Source: an uncultured virus (IMG/VR IMGVR_UViG_3300006930_000006) (taxonomy: Duplodnaviria; Heunggongvirae; Uroviricota; Caudoviricetes). From it: DNA of 57,297 nt. Below, piece after piece: positions 39,565 through 48,714 of this stretch (its first letter is position 1; the number at the start of each line of letters is the position of its first letter). The translations under genes were made by a program, and so were the position numbers. The notes beneath the pieces are model-generated. The model made no database searches, was not told the DNA's origin, and saw only the letters and a program-made list of their open reading frames with translations. The stretch lies in the IMG/VR virus record IMGVR_UViG_3300006930_000006, one strand, 5' to 3'.

Positions 39565-40358
39565 TGTTTCAAACTTTTTATTTTGCTACAACTAGAAGAA
39601 TCGTATCTGCCTTTGGTACTGTATTCAATAATATATCTATTGTAAGAACGGATGCTAATGGTAATGAAGTTCAAACTATCAAGGTTCCATTATCTTATGG
39701 ACCAAAGCATAAATGGTTAAGAGCAATTCAAGAGCAAGCACAAAGAAGACAGATCGGTGGTAAGACCAACATTAGAATGCTTTTGCCTAGAATGTCTTTT
39801 GAAATGACTGGTATGGAATATGATGCTAGCCGTAAGTTAACTACTATGATTAGTAATACTGACAAGATACTTCAACCACAAGAACTTACAAGTATGTTGA
39901 AGCAACTTAATCCGATACCATATAAGTTTAACTTTGCCTTGAATATAATGAGTAAGAATCTAGATGATGGTTTACAGATTATAGAGCAGATTCTACCATA
40001 CTTTACACCAAATCTATCAGTAACCTTAAAAGATATACCGCAATTAGGTATTACTAGGGATCTTCAGATTATCTATAAATCTATTACTCACGAGGATTCT
40101 TATGATGGTGAATTGGCAACAACACGTATGATAACCTGGAAGTTGGAGTTTACTGTATTAGGTCATTTATATCCACCAATTACAGACGCAAAAATTATTA
40201 AGAAAGTTATAGCTAATATCTACAACGATCCAGCTATGCAAAATAAGATTGAAGAATTAGATACTTACGTAGAGCAATATAAAATAGACCAAGGAATCGT
40301 AGATCTTACGGATCCTGACTCTATTTTTGACGAAGCAATAACAGATATTATAGAATAG
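39564..40358 (+). CDS. 15: Tail sheath stabiliser / tail terminator (gp15)
   Basis: FGTVFNNI, KVPLSYGPK, LPRMSFE, DGLQIIEQILPYFTP. Confidence 0.95.
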   Translation: MFQTFYFATTRRIVSAFGTVFNNISIVRTDANGNEVQTIKVPLSYGPKHKWLRAIQEQAQRRQIGGKTNIRMLLPRMSFEMTGMEYDASRKLTTMISNTDKILQPQELTSMLKQLNPIPYKFNFALNIMSKNLDDGLQIIEQILPYFTPNLSVTLKDIPQLGITRDLQIIYKSITHEDSYDGELATTRMITWKLEFTVLGHLYPPITDAKIIKKVIANIYNDPAMQNKIEELDTYVEQYKIDQGIVDLTDPDSIFDEAITDIIE

Positions 40359-40372
40359 AAAACGGAGTTTAT

Positions 40373-40843
40373 ATGATACCAAACCAAAAGTTAGGACAAG
40401 TTTTAGATATTGCCGAAGATATCGGTAGAGAACTAAAACCTCTAATGAATATCACACCACGGGAAGAGAAAATCATTGATGTAGAACCAGAATCCACCCC
40501 TGGTAATATAGACGATGACTTTGATTATGCAAGAAAGCAACTAAAGAACGTGATAGATACCGGTAATCAAAATATGCAAGAACTTATGCAACTTGCAGCT
40601 ATGACACAAGAACCAAAGATCTATGAGCAGATTACTAAAATGATGAAAGAGATAGTAACTGCCAATGAAAAGTTGATACAACTTTATAAAACACGTAAGG
40701 ATGCTACCAGCAAGTTCCCTACTCCAGAAAATGGTTCTGTACAAAATATAACCAATCAGACTTTACTTGTTGGATCTACCAAGGAAGTGCTTGAAATGAT
40801 TGGTAATAAAAAGAAAGATACATCCGAAGATATAAAGGTCTAA
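40373..40843 (+). CDS. 16: Terminase small subunit (gp16)
   Basis: DDFDYARKQL, EPKIYE, TNQTLLVGSTKE; precedes gp17. Confidence 0.9.
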   Translation: MIPNQKLGQVLDIAEDIGRELKPLMNITPREEKIIDVEPESTPGNIDDDFDYARKQLKNVIDTGNQNMQELMQLAAMTQEPKIYEQITKMMKEIVTANEKLIQLYKTRKDATSKFPTPENGSVQNITNQTLLVGSTKEVLEMIGNKKKDTSEDIKV

Positions 40844-40859
40844 CGGTAGGAGACGGAGG

Positions 40860-42437
40860 ATGAAAGAATTCAAAGGTCCACAGTATTATCTTAACAATCC
40901 AAGACTTAAAGCTGAGAACGTTAAGGTTAACTTTACTCAAGAGCAAATAGACGAACTTATCAGGTGTAAAACTGATATTAAGTACTTTGCTAATAATTAT
41001 GTAAAGATTATTAACCTGGATAAGGGTCTAATGAATATCAATCTTTATCCATACCAAGAAAGACTTGTCCAGAGTTACTACGATAACAGATTTACGATAG
41101 TTCTATCCCCAAGACAAACTGGTAAGTCTACCAGTGGTCTGATTTATCTATTACACGCAGTTATATTCAATGATTATCACGAATGCGCAATCCTTGCCAA
41201 TAAACACGCAATCGCATTGGAACTGCTTGGACGTATTAAACTGATGTATGAAAATCTACCTTTCTGGATGCAGATCGGTATCGTGGAATGGAATAAGAGT
41301 TCTATTGAGCTGGAAAATGGTTCTAAGATTACTGCAAGTGCTACAAGTGCTTCCGCAGTGCGTGGGCGTTCAATCTCAAGTGTGCTCCTTGATGAGTTCT
41401 CTTTTATTTCCAATGACTTAGCTCAAGAGTTTATAAGTTCCGTATTCCCTACTATCTCATCTGGTAAGAATTCAAAGATTATTATATCATCTACACCAAA
41501 TGGACTTAATCATTTTTATCAGATGTGGACGGATGCCGAGCAAGGTAATTCTTTATTCTGTCCAATTAAGGTTAACTATTGGGACGTTCCTGGTAGAGAT
41601 GACGCCTGGAAAGAAAAGATGCTTAAAACGATGTCCTTAGATAAGTTTGAGCAAGAATACAATAATGCTTTTCTTGGATCTTGTGATACATTGATATCTG
41701 CAACTAAACTACGTAATTTGGTAAATGGTAAACCAGAGTATCAGAAAGATGGTCTTCGTGTATATGAATACCCTAAGACAGATGAAGAAAGCAAAAAAAG
41801 TAATGTTTATATGCTAACCGTGGATTGCTCAGAGGGTAAAGGACAGGACTATAATGCGTTTAGTGTGATAGATATTACAGAGTTCCCGATGCGTCAGGTT
41901 GCAACTTTTTATGATAATACAATGAGTTATTTACAGTTTCCAGATGTTATCTATGAAGTTGCCAGAAAGTTCAATAATGCTTATGTATTATTAGAGACCA
42001 ATTCGGTTGGACAAGAGGTTGGGCATATACTTTTACACGAGTGTGAATATGAAAATATAATCTTTACGGAAAAAGGTGTAATGGGTATTAGAACCAATAA
42101 GAACGTAAAGAAGATTGGTTGTATAAATCTAAAGGAACTAATAGAGCAAGATAAGTTAATTCTAACCGATGAAAATACCATAACAGAACTAAACAACTTT
42201 ATTAGATATGGTTATACCTATTGTGCAGATGATGGACACCACGACGACTTGGTAATGGGTCTAGTTCTATTCGCCTGGTTCTCTTCAAAAGATGATTTCA
42301 AGGATATGACGGATCTTAGTTTTAGAAACACTATCAATACTAACTTTGATGACTTTATGCCAGTAACTTATATTGATAATGGGGTAGAAGATAAAGATAC
42401 TAATAGATTGTATAATGATACTTCATTGATAATATAA
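40860..42437 (+). CDS. 17: Terminase large subunit (gp17)
   Basis: YLNNPRLK, PRQTGKST, LLDEF, SSTPNG, DCSEG..D, HDDLVM. Confidence 0.97.
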   Translation: MKEFKGPQYYLNNPRLKAENVKVNFTQEQIDELIRCKTDIKYFANNYVKIINLDKGLMNINLYPYQERLVQSYYDNRFTIVLSPRQTGKSTSGLIYLLHAVIFNDYHECAILANKHAIALELLGRIKLMYENLPFWMQIGIVEWNKSSIELENGSKITASATSASAVRGRSISSVLLDEFSFISNDLAQEFISSVFPTISSGKNSKIIISSTPNGLNHFYQMWTDAEQGNSLFCPIKVNYWDVPGRDDAWKEKMLKTMSLDKFEQEYNNAFLGSCDTLISATKLRNLVNGKPEYQKDGLRVYEYPKTDEESKKSNVYMLTVDCSEGKGQDYNAFSVIDITEFPMRQVATFYDNTMSYLQFPDVIYEVARKFNNAYVLLETNSVGQEVGHILLHECEYENIIFTEKGVMGIRTNKNVKKIGCINLKELIEQDKLILTDENTITELNNFIRYGYTYCADDGHHDDLVMGLVLFAWFSSKDDFKDMTDLSFRNTINTNFDDFMPVTYIDNGVEDKDTNRLYNDTSLII

Positions 42438-42440
42438 ATA
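42433..42440 (+). promoter_or_regulatory. Late promoter driving a short non-coding transcript
   Basis: TATAAATA overlapping the gp17 stop; predicted +1 (42446) is the first base of a hairpin. Confidence 0.7.
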
Positions 42441-42445
42441 GTATT

Positions 42446-42520
42446 ATAGCACTTTTCTCCTCCGGTGCTATATTCTACGGTGGCTAGGTCTTCCCCTCCG
42501 TTTACTTGGCCACCGACTTT
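42446..42520 (+). ncRNA. Candidate ~75-nt two-hairpin small RNA with anti-SD (CCUCCG) loops
   Basis: Hairpin 1 ATAGCAC/GTGCTAT with loop TTTTCTCCTCCG; hairpin 2 CGGTGGCTAGGT/ACTTGGCCACCG with loop CTTCCCCTCCGTTT; no ORF; GC-rich in an AT-rich context. Confidence 0.6.
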
Positions 42521-42552
42521 ATAAACTTGGGATATTGTGATTTTTTAGATAT

Positions 42553-42560
42553 TATAAATA
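42553..42560 (+). promoter_or_regulatory. Late promoter for tnpB, followed by a 5'-UTR hairpin (42567-42599)
   Basis: TATAAATA; GAGG..AGATTC-TGGAC-GAATCT..CCTC. Confidence 0.75.
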
Positions 42561-42628
42561 CTATACGAGGATAAAGATTCTGGACGAATCTATACCCTCT
42601 AAACAACACCAATAAAGGAACTATTGAT

Positions 42629-43783
42629 TTGTCTGACGGTATTTATATAAGAACTTCTAAACATAGTCTAATGTTATCTAACACTGGTAAAATAGAAATG
42701 CTAGATTGTATTTTTATTGACTATGAGAATCAACTAAGAATGTATATCCAAGATATATTAGAAGAAAAAATACCATTAAAATCATTATTATCTTCACCTT
42801 TACTACCAGGTTATACTATACATCATTCTGGTTGGAAGCAGATAATATACAAGCAAGCTTCTGAAATTGTTAGATCTAATATAAACTATACTAGGAATAG
42901 AACCTTTAAAAGATACAAGAAGGTATATAGTTACTTCTTAAAAAATGGTAGACAATATAAGTTTACCTCAAAACACTTTAAAGAATTAAATATAAACTAT
43001 AAGAAAAGAATTAAAATAAATCTAAAGAATATCAATATAAGCTTGGATTCTAGAGTTTTTAATATACAAAATAATTTTCTTCTTATTAAAACCCCATATT
43101 CTAAATCTATAAAATTTCCTGTACAATTATATAACTATATGAAAAAGTATAATAATTGTAAAAGAAAGAATACCGTACGACTATCAAATAAAAATGGTAA
43201 GTATTATGTCAACTATTTTTGGGAATGTAAAACACCAGATAAGAAGACTACTGGTAAAAAGATAGGAATTGATATAGGTTATAATAAGTTAATTAGTACT
43301 TCTGAAGGTGAATTCTATGGCAAAGAATTAAAAGATCTTTATAATAGAATTGCAAAGAAGCAAAGAGGTAGTAGAAGATATGAAAAACTACTTAAATATA
43401 AAACAGATGAAATTAATAGATTATGCAAGAAATTAGTAAGTGATACAGAATTACATACATTATATGTAGAAGATCTTAAATTAGTTAAGAATAATACTAA
43501 GTTATCTACAAATCTTATGAATAAAATGCAATACTGGTCTTATAGACAAGTATTAGAAAAATTAGGTTTCCTTAGTGAAATGGAAGGTTTCCAGGTTACT
43601 AAGGTTGCTCCAGCATATACAAGCCAAAGATGCTCGTGTTGTGGGGTTATAATGAAAACCAATAGAAAGGGGGAGTACTATAAGTGCTCTTCGTGTGGTG
43701 TGGAAATGGATGCTGATTATAATGCAGCTATTAATATATTACAAAAAGGTGATATGCAGCCTTTGCTTTCGGAAATAAATTAA
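42629..43783 (+). CDS. tnpB: TnpB (IS200/IS605-family RNA-guided nuclease), standalone
   Basis: RuvC-I GIDIG, RuvC-II VEDL, TSQRCSCCG...CSSCG zinc ribbon, RuvC-III DADYNAAINI; no tnpA nearby. Confidence 0.93.
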   Translation: MSDGIYIRTSKHSLMLSNTGKIEMLDCIFIDYENQLRMYIQDILEEKIPLKSLLSSPLLPGYTIHHSGWKQIIYKQASEIVRSNINYTRNRTFKRYKKVYSYFLKNGRQYKFTSKHFKELNINYKKRIKINLKNINISLDSRVFNIQNNFLLIKTPYSKSIKFPVQLYNYMKKYNNCKRKNTVRLSNKNGKYYVNYFWECKTPDKKTTGKKIGIDIGYNKLISTSEGEFYGKELKDLYNRIAKKQRGSRRYEKLLKYKTDEINRLCKKLVSDTELHTLYVEDLKLVKNNTKLSTNLMNKMQYWSYRQVLEKLGFLSEMEGFQVTKVAPAYTSQRCSCCGVIMKTNRKGEYYKCSSCGVEMDADYNAAINILQKGDMQPLLSEIN

Positions 43784-43801
43784 CGCCGATTTTTTAGTAA
43801 G

Positions 43802-43809
43802 CATAAATA
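43802..43809 (+). promoter_or_regulatory. Variant late promoter (CATAAATA) for gp18
   Basis: Same GATTTTTTAG-N4 upstream context as the tnpB promoter. Confidence 0.6.
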
Positions 43810-43902
43810 TAGACGAAGATATATAAAGTTTTTCTATATCATAAGAAATTGTGCCTCTGAAATGAGGTACTTTTGCAAAAGTAAAAAGGAGTCATAAAAT
43901 AA

Positions 43903-45528
43903 ATGGTTACACAATTATCTCCTGGTGTTTTAGTAACAGAAACAGACCAATCAGCTTACGTTCCAGCTGTCGCTACCTCTAATGGTGGTACAGTATTGGA
44001 AGCTGCTTGGGGACCTGTAGATGTTATCACAACGATTGATAGCGAGCAAAACCTCGTTTCTCAATTCGGTAAACCAGGAAGTTCAAATTATGAAGGTTGG
44101 TTTGCAGCAGCTAGTTTCTTAGCTTATGCTACTAATCTTAAATTAGTGCGCGTAGTAGGAACTGGTGCTTTGAATGCTACGGCATCTGCTTCAGCTGGCA
44201 CTACTGGTCAACTAATTAAAAATCAAGACGAATATGAAAATACTTCGTTTAGTACATCAACAGATCTTTGGATTGCAAAATATCCAGGTGCTCTAGGTAA
44301 TTCTATTCAAGTTGCTTGGTGCGATACTGCTGGATTTGATGTAGTAGATAGTTCTGGTGATTATACTTGGGCATATAGAGACCTATTTGATAGTGCTCCA
44401 GATGCTTCACAATTCCATATTGTAGTAGTTGATGTTTTGGGTAATATCACTGGTACTGCTGGAACCGTATTAGAAACTTTTGACGATGTTTCTTTAACAT
44501 CTACAGCAAAACGCTTTGATGGTTCTACAAATTATGTAGTTGAAAGATTAAAAACTAACTCAGCATATATCAATGTTGCTAAAGCTTCATTGTTAACTGG
44601 TGCTTCTTCTGGGGTAACTTTAGCAGGTGGTGCCAATGGTGCTACTGCAGCTAATGCAGACTTAGAAGCTGGTTGGGCATTATTCCAATCAGTTGAAGAT
44701 GTTGACGTAACTACCTTATTTGTTGGTGGTGCATCTTCTACAGTTGGTAAATGGGTAATTGATAATATCGCAGAAGTAAGAAAAGATTGCGTTGTTTTCG
44801 TATCACCTGCTAAGACAGACTGCGTAAACGTAAGTGTTATTAGTACAATTTTAACCAATGTAAAAGCGACAAGAACCGTATATGGTAATTCTAACTATGC
44901 ATTTATGGATAGTACTTGGAAATATCAATACGATCGTTATGCAGATACTTATCGTTGGGTTCCACTCAATGGTGATATTGCTGGTTTAATGGCAAAAACT
45001 TCTAACGATGTAGATGCTTGGTTTAGTCCAGCAGGTCTAAATCGTGGTCGTATTAAGAACGTTGTTAAGTTTGCATATACACAAGCACAGACTACAAGAG
45101 ATGAATTATACAAATCACAAATCAATCCTTGTGTTATCTTCCCTAATGAAGGTGCTATACTATATGGAGATAAAACATTACAAACAAAACCTAGTGCTTT
45201 TGACCGTATCAATGTAAGAATGTTATTTATTACATTAGAAAAATCAATCGCGATAGCTTCAAAATATGTGTTGTTTGAGTTCAATGACGAAATAACAAGA
45301 CGCTCATTTATAAATACGGTAGAACCTTTCTTAAGAGATGTTCAAGGTCGTAGAGGTGTTGTTGATTATCTCGTAATATGCGATGAAACCAATAATACTG
45401 GTGAAGTTATAGATCGTAATGAATTCGTTGCTAATTTGTTTATTAAGCCAACTCGTTCAATCAACTTTATTAAACTAAACTTCATTGCTACCCGTACTGG
45501 TGTATCTTTTGAAGAAATAGTAGCTTAA
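43903..45528 (+). CDS. 18: Tail sheath protein (gp18)
   Basis: SPGVLVTETD, WGP, FGKP, KYPGALGN, WFSPAGLNRG, GDKTL, SAFDRINVR, FEFND, IKPTRSINFI. Confidence 0.98.
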   Translation: MVTQLSPGVLVTETDQSAYVPAVATSNGGTVLEAAWGPVDVITTIDSEQNLVSQFGKPGSSNYEGWFAAASFLAYATNLKLVRVVGTGALNATASASAGTTGQLIKNQDEYENTSFSTSTDLWIAKYPGALGNSIQVAWCDTAGFDVVDSSGDYTWAYRDLFDSAPDASQFHIVVVDVLGNITGTAGTVLETFDDVSLTSTAKRFDGSTNYVVERLKTNSAYINVAKASLLTGASSGVTLAGGANGATAANADLEAGWALFQSVEDVDVTTLFVGGASSTVGKWVIDNIAEVRKDCVVFVSPAKTDCVNVSVISTILTNVKATRTVYGNSNYAFMDSTWKYQYDRYADTYRWVPLNGDIAGLMAKTSNDVDAWFSPAGLNRGRIKNVVKFAYTQAQTTRDELYKSQINPCVIFPNEGAILYGDKTLQTKPSAFDRINVRMLFITLEKSIAIASKYVLFEFNDEITRRSFINTVEPFLRDVQGRRGVVDYLVICDETNNTGEVIDRNEFVANLFIKPTRSINFIKLNFIATRTGVSFEEIVA

Positions 45529-45539
45529 GGAGATAAATT

Positions 45540-46076
45540 ATGGCTAGTAATACAAATATAAACGATTTTATTGCACAGTTTAAAGGTGGTGCAAGGTCAA
45601 ATCGTTTTCGTGTACAATTATCATTTCCTTCTTACGTGACCGTTCCAACAACGTCATCTATTTTCTATTGTAATAGTACAGACCTTCCAACTTTAACCAC
45701 TGGTATTACCACGGTTGAGTATATGGGTCGTAAGATTGCAATACCTGGTGATAGACCTTCTATTGAGTGGTCAGTTGGTGTTCGTTTGGATCGTGATTTT
45801 GAAGTTCGTAAAGCTTTTGAGCAATGGCAAAATGGCTTAATGTCCTTCACAGATAATGCTAGAATCCCTGGTGATGTAAAACAAGGGCACTGGCAAGATC
45901 TCACGGTACAGCAATTAGATGTAGATGGTTCTACGATTATTAGAACTTATACAATTCATAATGCTTGGCCAAGTGATATCGGCACTGTTAAGTTGAATTG
46001 GAATGATGTGGATAAAGTAGAGGAATTTGATGTAAAGTTCCAAGCTACTCATTTTACAACTAACGATATAAATTAA
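45540..46076 (+). CDS. 19: Tail tube protein (gp19)
   Basis: GGARSNRF, YMGRKI.IPGDR, FEQW, QQLD, AWPSDIG, VEEFDVKF. Confidence 0.95.
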   Translation: MASNTNINDFIAQFKGGARSNRFRVQLSFPSYVTVPTTSSIFYCNSTDLPTLTTGITTVEYMGRKIAIPGDRPSIEWSVGVRLDRDFEVRKAFEQWQNGLMSFTDNARIPGDVKQGHWQDLTVQQLDVDGSTIIRTYTIHNAWPSDIGTVKLNWNDVDKVEEFDVKFQATHFTTNDIN

Positions 46077-46085
46077 TAATAAATC

Positions 46086-46107
46086 GGGAGGGTCTTCGGA
46101 TCCTCCC
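46086..46107 (+). repeat. C(UUCG)G hairpin, copy 1 (terminator/stability element)
   Basis: GGGAGGGTC-TTCG-GATCCTCCC. Confidence 0.8.
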
Positions 46108-46127
46108 AACTATGCAAGAGTACTAAA

Positions 46128-47018
46128 ATGAAGAGATTTACACAATTTATAAAAGAAAATAAAAGTATAATCAAGGAAGCTGAGTTAGTACAAAGCACCA
46201 AAGATTATATAGAGAAGAATGCCGATTCTTGGGATAAGATTGCACACCAAGCAGAACCAGTTTTAGATAAGTCTGCTTCGGTTCTTGCTAAATATAATAC
46301 AATATCCGAAGTATTCGCGATGATGAGACACTTTGATGAAGTTATGGATTTTATGACTACCATTAAAGTAAAATATAAAACAATGACCAATGAGCAACTA
46401 AAAGAATCTGTTATGGAAGTAATGAAACATATTACTGATATCCAAAGATTCCTTGGTATGTTTCAAGATAGACCAGAATCTGCAGATGCTAAGAAAGCAG
46501 TTGCTAAGATTAAGTCTGATTGCTACATCGCAGTTGGTGGATTATTACAGTTATTAGGTAAGAATCTGAAAGAAGGTTTAGAAGAATTTGCACTTATTAG
46601 ACTTAACTTTACTGAAGATAAAGAAGCTGTAAAGAATTTTTTACGTAAATACTATTCAACGTCTGGTGTTGATAAAACTGCAGATGCTGGTTTTCTTAAA
46701 ATATATATGCAAAAACCAGTTGAAGCAACAGTCAATAAGTTTAAAGACCACTTTGCCATAAGATCTATTGAGTTTATCAGTGGTAATAAAGAAGTATTTA
46801 ATCAATTAAAGAAGTTATTGCCAAGCAATAAGTTTCTGGAATCTAAACTTAACGAAGGAACTGTAGCTGCTGTATTTTATCACAATGAAGATGGTAAAGA
46901 AACAGTAGTCAAAACCTTTCCTAATAAAGCAGATGCTCAAAAGTTTGTAGACCAGAAGAATAAAGAAATTGAAAAAACTGGTAATATAGACCAAGAATAC
47001 TATTACGTAGAGGCTTAG
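46128..47018 (+). CDS. Putative internal head protein with capsid-targeting sequence
   Basis: N-terminus MKRFTQFIKE resembles the T4 IP CTS MKTYQEFIAE; several (I/L)xE sites. Confidence 0.6.
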   Translation: MKRFTQFIKENKSIIKEAELVQSTKDYIEKNADSWDKIAHQAEPVLDKSASVLAKYNTISEVFAMMRHFDEVMDFMTTIKVKYKTMTNEQLKESVMEVMKHITDIQRFLGMFQDRPESADAKKAVAKIKSDCYIAVGGLLQLLGKNLKEGLEEFALIRLNFTEDKEAVKNFLRKYYSTSGVDKTADAGFLKIYMQKPVEATVNKFKDHFAIRSIEFISGNKEVFNQLKKLLPSNKFLESKLNEGTVAAVFYHNEDGKETVVKTFPNKADAQKFVDQKNKEIEKTGNIDQEYYYVEA

Positions 47019-47025
47019 AACTAAT

Positions 47026-47045
47026 GGAGGATCTTCGGATCCTCC
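47026..47045 (+). repeat. C(UUCG)G hairpin, copy 2
   Basis: GGAGGATC-TTCG-GATCCTCC, near-identical to 46086-46107. Confidence 0.8.
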
Positions 47046-47048
47046 TCT

Positions 47049-47056
47049 TATAAATA
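47049..47056 (+). promoter_or_regulatory. Late promoter for gp20
   Basis: TATAAATA. Confidence 0.8.
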
Positions 47057-47094
47057 ACATTATGATAATACAAATTCTTTAATGGAGAGAAATC

Positions 47095-48714
47095 GTGGCA
47101 AGTTGGCAAGGTTTTAAGTTATTCAATAAAAATGGTGAAAGATTTATAGATGATAAGAAGTACCCATCTGTAGTTGCTCCAACAACGGATGCTTCTTATG
47201 TTATTGATAATAGCAATATGGCTGCTGGCTTTATTGGTTATACACTAACTTTCAATCCTCAAAATGACTCAGAATCCCAGTTAATTAGAACTTATCGTGA
47301 GTTAACTTCGCATCCAGAAGTAGACAATGCTATAGATGATATTGTTTGCGAAGCTATTGTAAAAGACGAAGATGTTTACCCAATACATCTTATATTAGAT
47401 TACCTAGATAAAGAAAAGTATTCAGAAGAAGTAAAACAGAAGATCCACGAAGCTTTTGACCATATTCTAAAGCTTATGAAGTTCAACGTTGATGGATATG
47501 ATTACTTTAGACAGTTTTACGTAGATGGCCGTATTTACTTTCAGATTATCACGAATAAAGAAAACTTAAAAGATGGTATTGTTGAAGTCAGACCAATATC
47601 ACCATACGATATTCGTAAAGTTGCTACCTATCAGACAGAACGTCAGCAAGACGGTATGACTGTTTTTGAAACTATCAATGAGCATTTTGTTTATGCAACC
47701 AATGCTTTAGCTTCACAAGCGCAAGGTATTATGCTACCAATAGAAAGTGTAGCTTATGCAACTTCTGGTTTATATTCATACTTTGAAGTTAAGAACGTGC
47801 AGATTAGTACTCCTGGCACTTCAACAGAAATTAAAAAGTTTCCTATTAGTTATTTACATAAAGCGATTAAACCTATTAACCAAATGAGAATGATGGAAGA
47901 CTCACTGGTTATCTATCGTATTACAAGGGCACCAGAACGTCGTGTATTTTACATTGATGTTGAGAATCTACCAAAACTTAAAGCAGAGCAATATATTCAA
48001 AGCTTAATCCATAAGTATCGCAATAAGATGCTTTACGATGCTTCAACCGGGCAGACCAAAGAGCAACCACAAGTTATGAGTATGCAAGAGGATATCTGGT
48101 TAAGTCGCAGAAACGGTAAGAATTCTACGGAGGTTGCTCAGCTAACTGGTGGGCAGAATCTTGGAAATTTAGATGATGTGATCTACTTCCAAAAGAATAT
48201 GTATCGCGCATTAAACGTTCCATTGAGCAGAATCAATCCAGAAAATGGATTTAGTCTTGGTAAAGCATCTGAGATAACCCGTGACGAAATCAAGTTTGGT
48301 AAGATGATAGATCGTTTACAAAGTCGTTTTGCTAAGATCTTTCACGATTTACTAAGAACCCAACTATTGATTACTGGTGTTATAGATCCAGAAGACTGGG
48401 AAGATTTACAGAATACAATGGTAATTAAGTTCAATACCAATTCATATTTTGAAGAACTAAAGGATGCTGAAATTCTAACCAATCGTATTGCCTTATTAGA
48501 GCACGTTCAGCCATATATTGGTAAATACTTCACCGAGGAATATGTAAAGACACAGATTCTAAAATTGAATGCTAAGGACGATCTTTTAATACAAGATACC
48601 AATGACGCTGAGGAAGATCTTGCAAGTCCTACTGCGGCAGAAGATTTAGGTAATACAGAAGACCAAACGGATGAAATAGAAAAGATTATAGGAGAGATAA
48701 ATGGATCTAAGTAA
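47095..48714 (+). CDS. 20: Portal protein (gp20)
   Basis: LIRTYR..HPEVDNAIDDIV.EAI, YVDGR, SYLHKAIKPINQMRMMEDSLVIYRITRAPERRVFYIDV, EITRDE. Confidence 0.98.
   Translation: MASWQGFKLFNKNGERFIDDKKYPSVVAPTTDASYVIDNSNMAAGFIGYTLTFNPQNDSESQLIRTYRELTSHPEVDNAIDDIVCEAIVKDEDVYPIHLILDYLDKEKYSEEVKQKIHEAFDHILKLMKFNVDGYDYFRQFYVDGRIYFQIITNKENLKDGIVEVRPISPYDIRKVATYQTERQQDGMTVFETINEHFVYATNALASQAQGIMLPIESVAYATSGLYSYFEVKNVQISTPGTSTEIKKFPISYLHKAIKPINQMRMMEDSLVIYRITRAPERRVFYIDVENLPKLKAEQYIQSLIHKYRNKMLYDASTGQTKEQPQVMSMQEDIWLSRRNGKNSTEVAQLTGGQNLGNLDDVIYFQKNMYRALNVPLSRINPENGFSLGKASEITRDEIKFGKMIDRLQSRFAKIFHDLLRTQLLITGVIDPEDWEDLQNTMVIKFNTNSYFEELKDAEILTNRIALLEHVQPYIGKYFTEEYVKTQILKLNAKDDLLIQDTNDAEEDLASPTAAEDLGNTEDQTDEIEKIIGEINGSK

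Noticed and set aside
42437..43902. CRISPR array associated with the TnpB/Cas12f-like protein
   Set aside because: No regularly spaced identical repeats on either side; only two hairpins sharing a loop motif
9395..45316. Intragenic TATAAATA boxes (9395, 18035, 20408, 29922, 45309)
   Set aside because: Some may be real internal late promoters, but several chance matches are expected in such AT-rich DNA, so they are not listed as features
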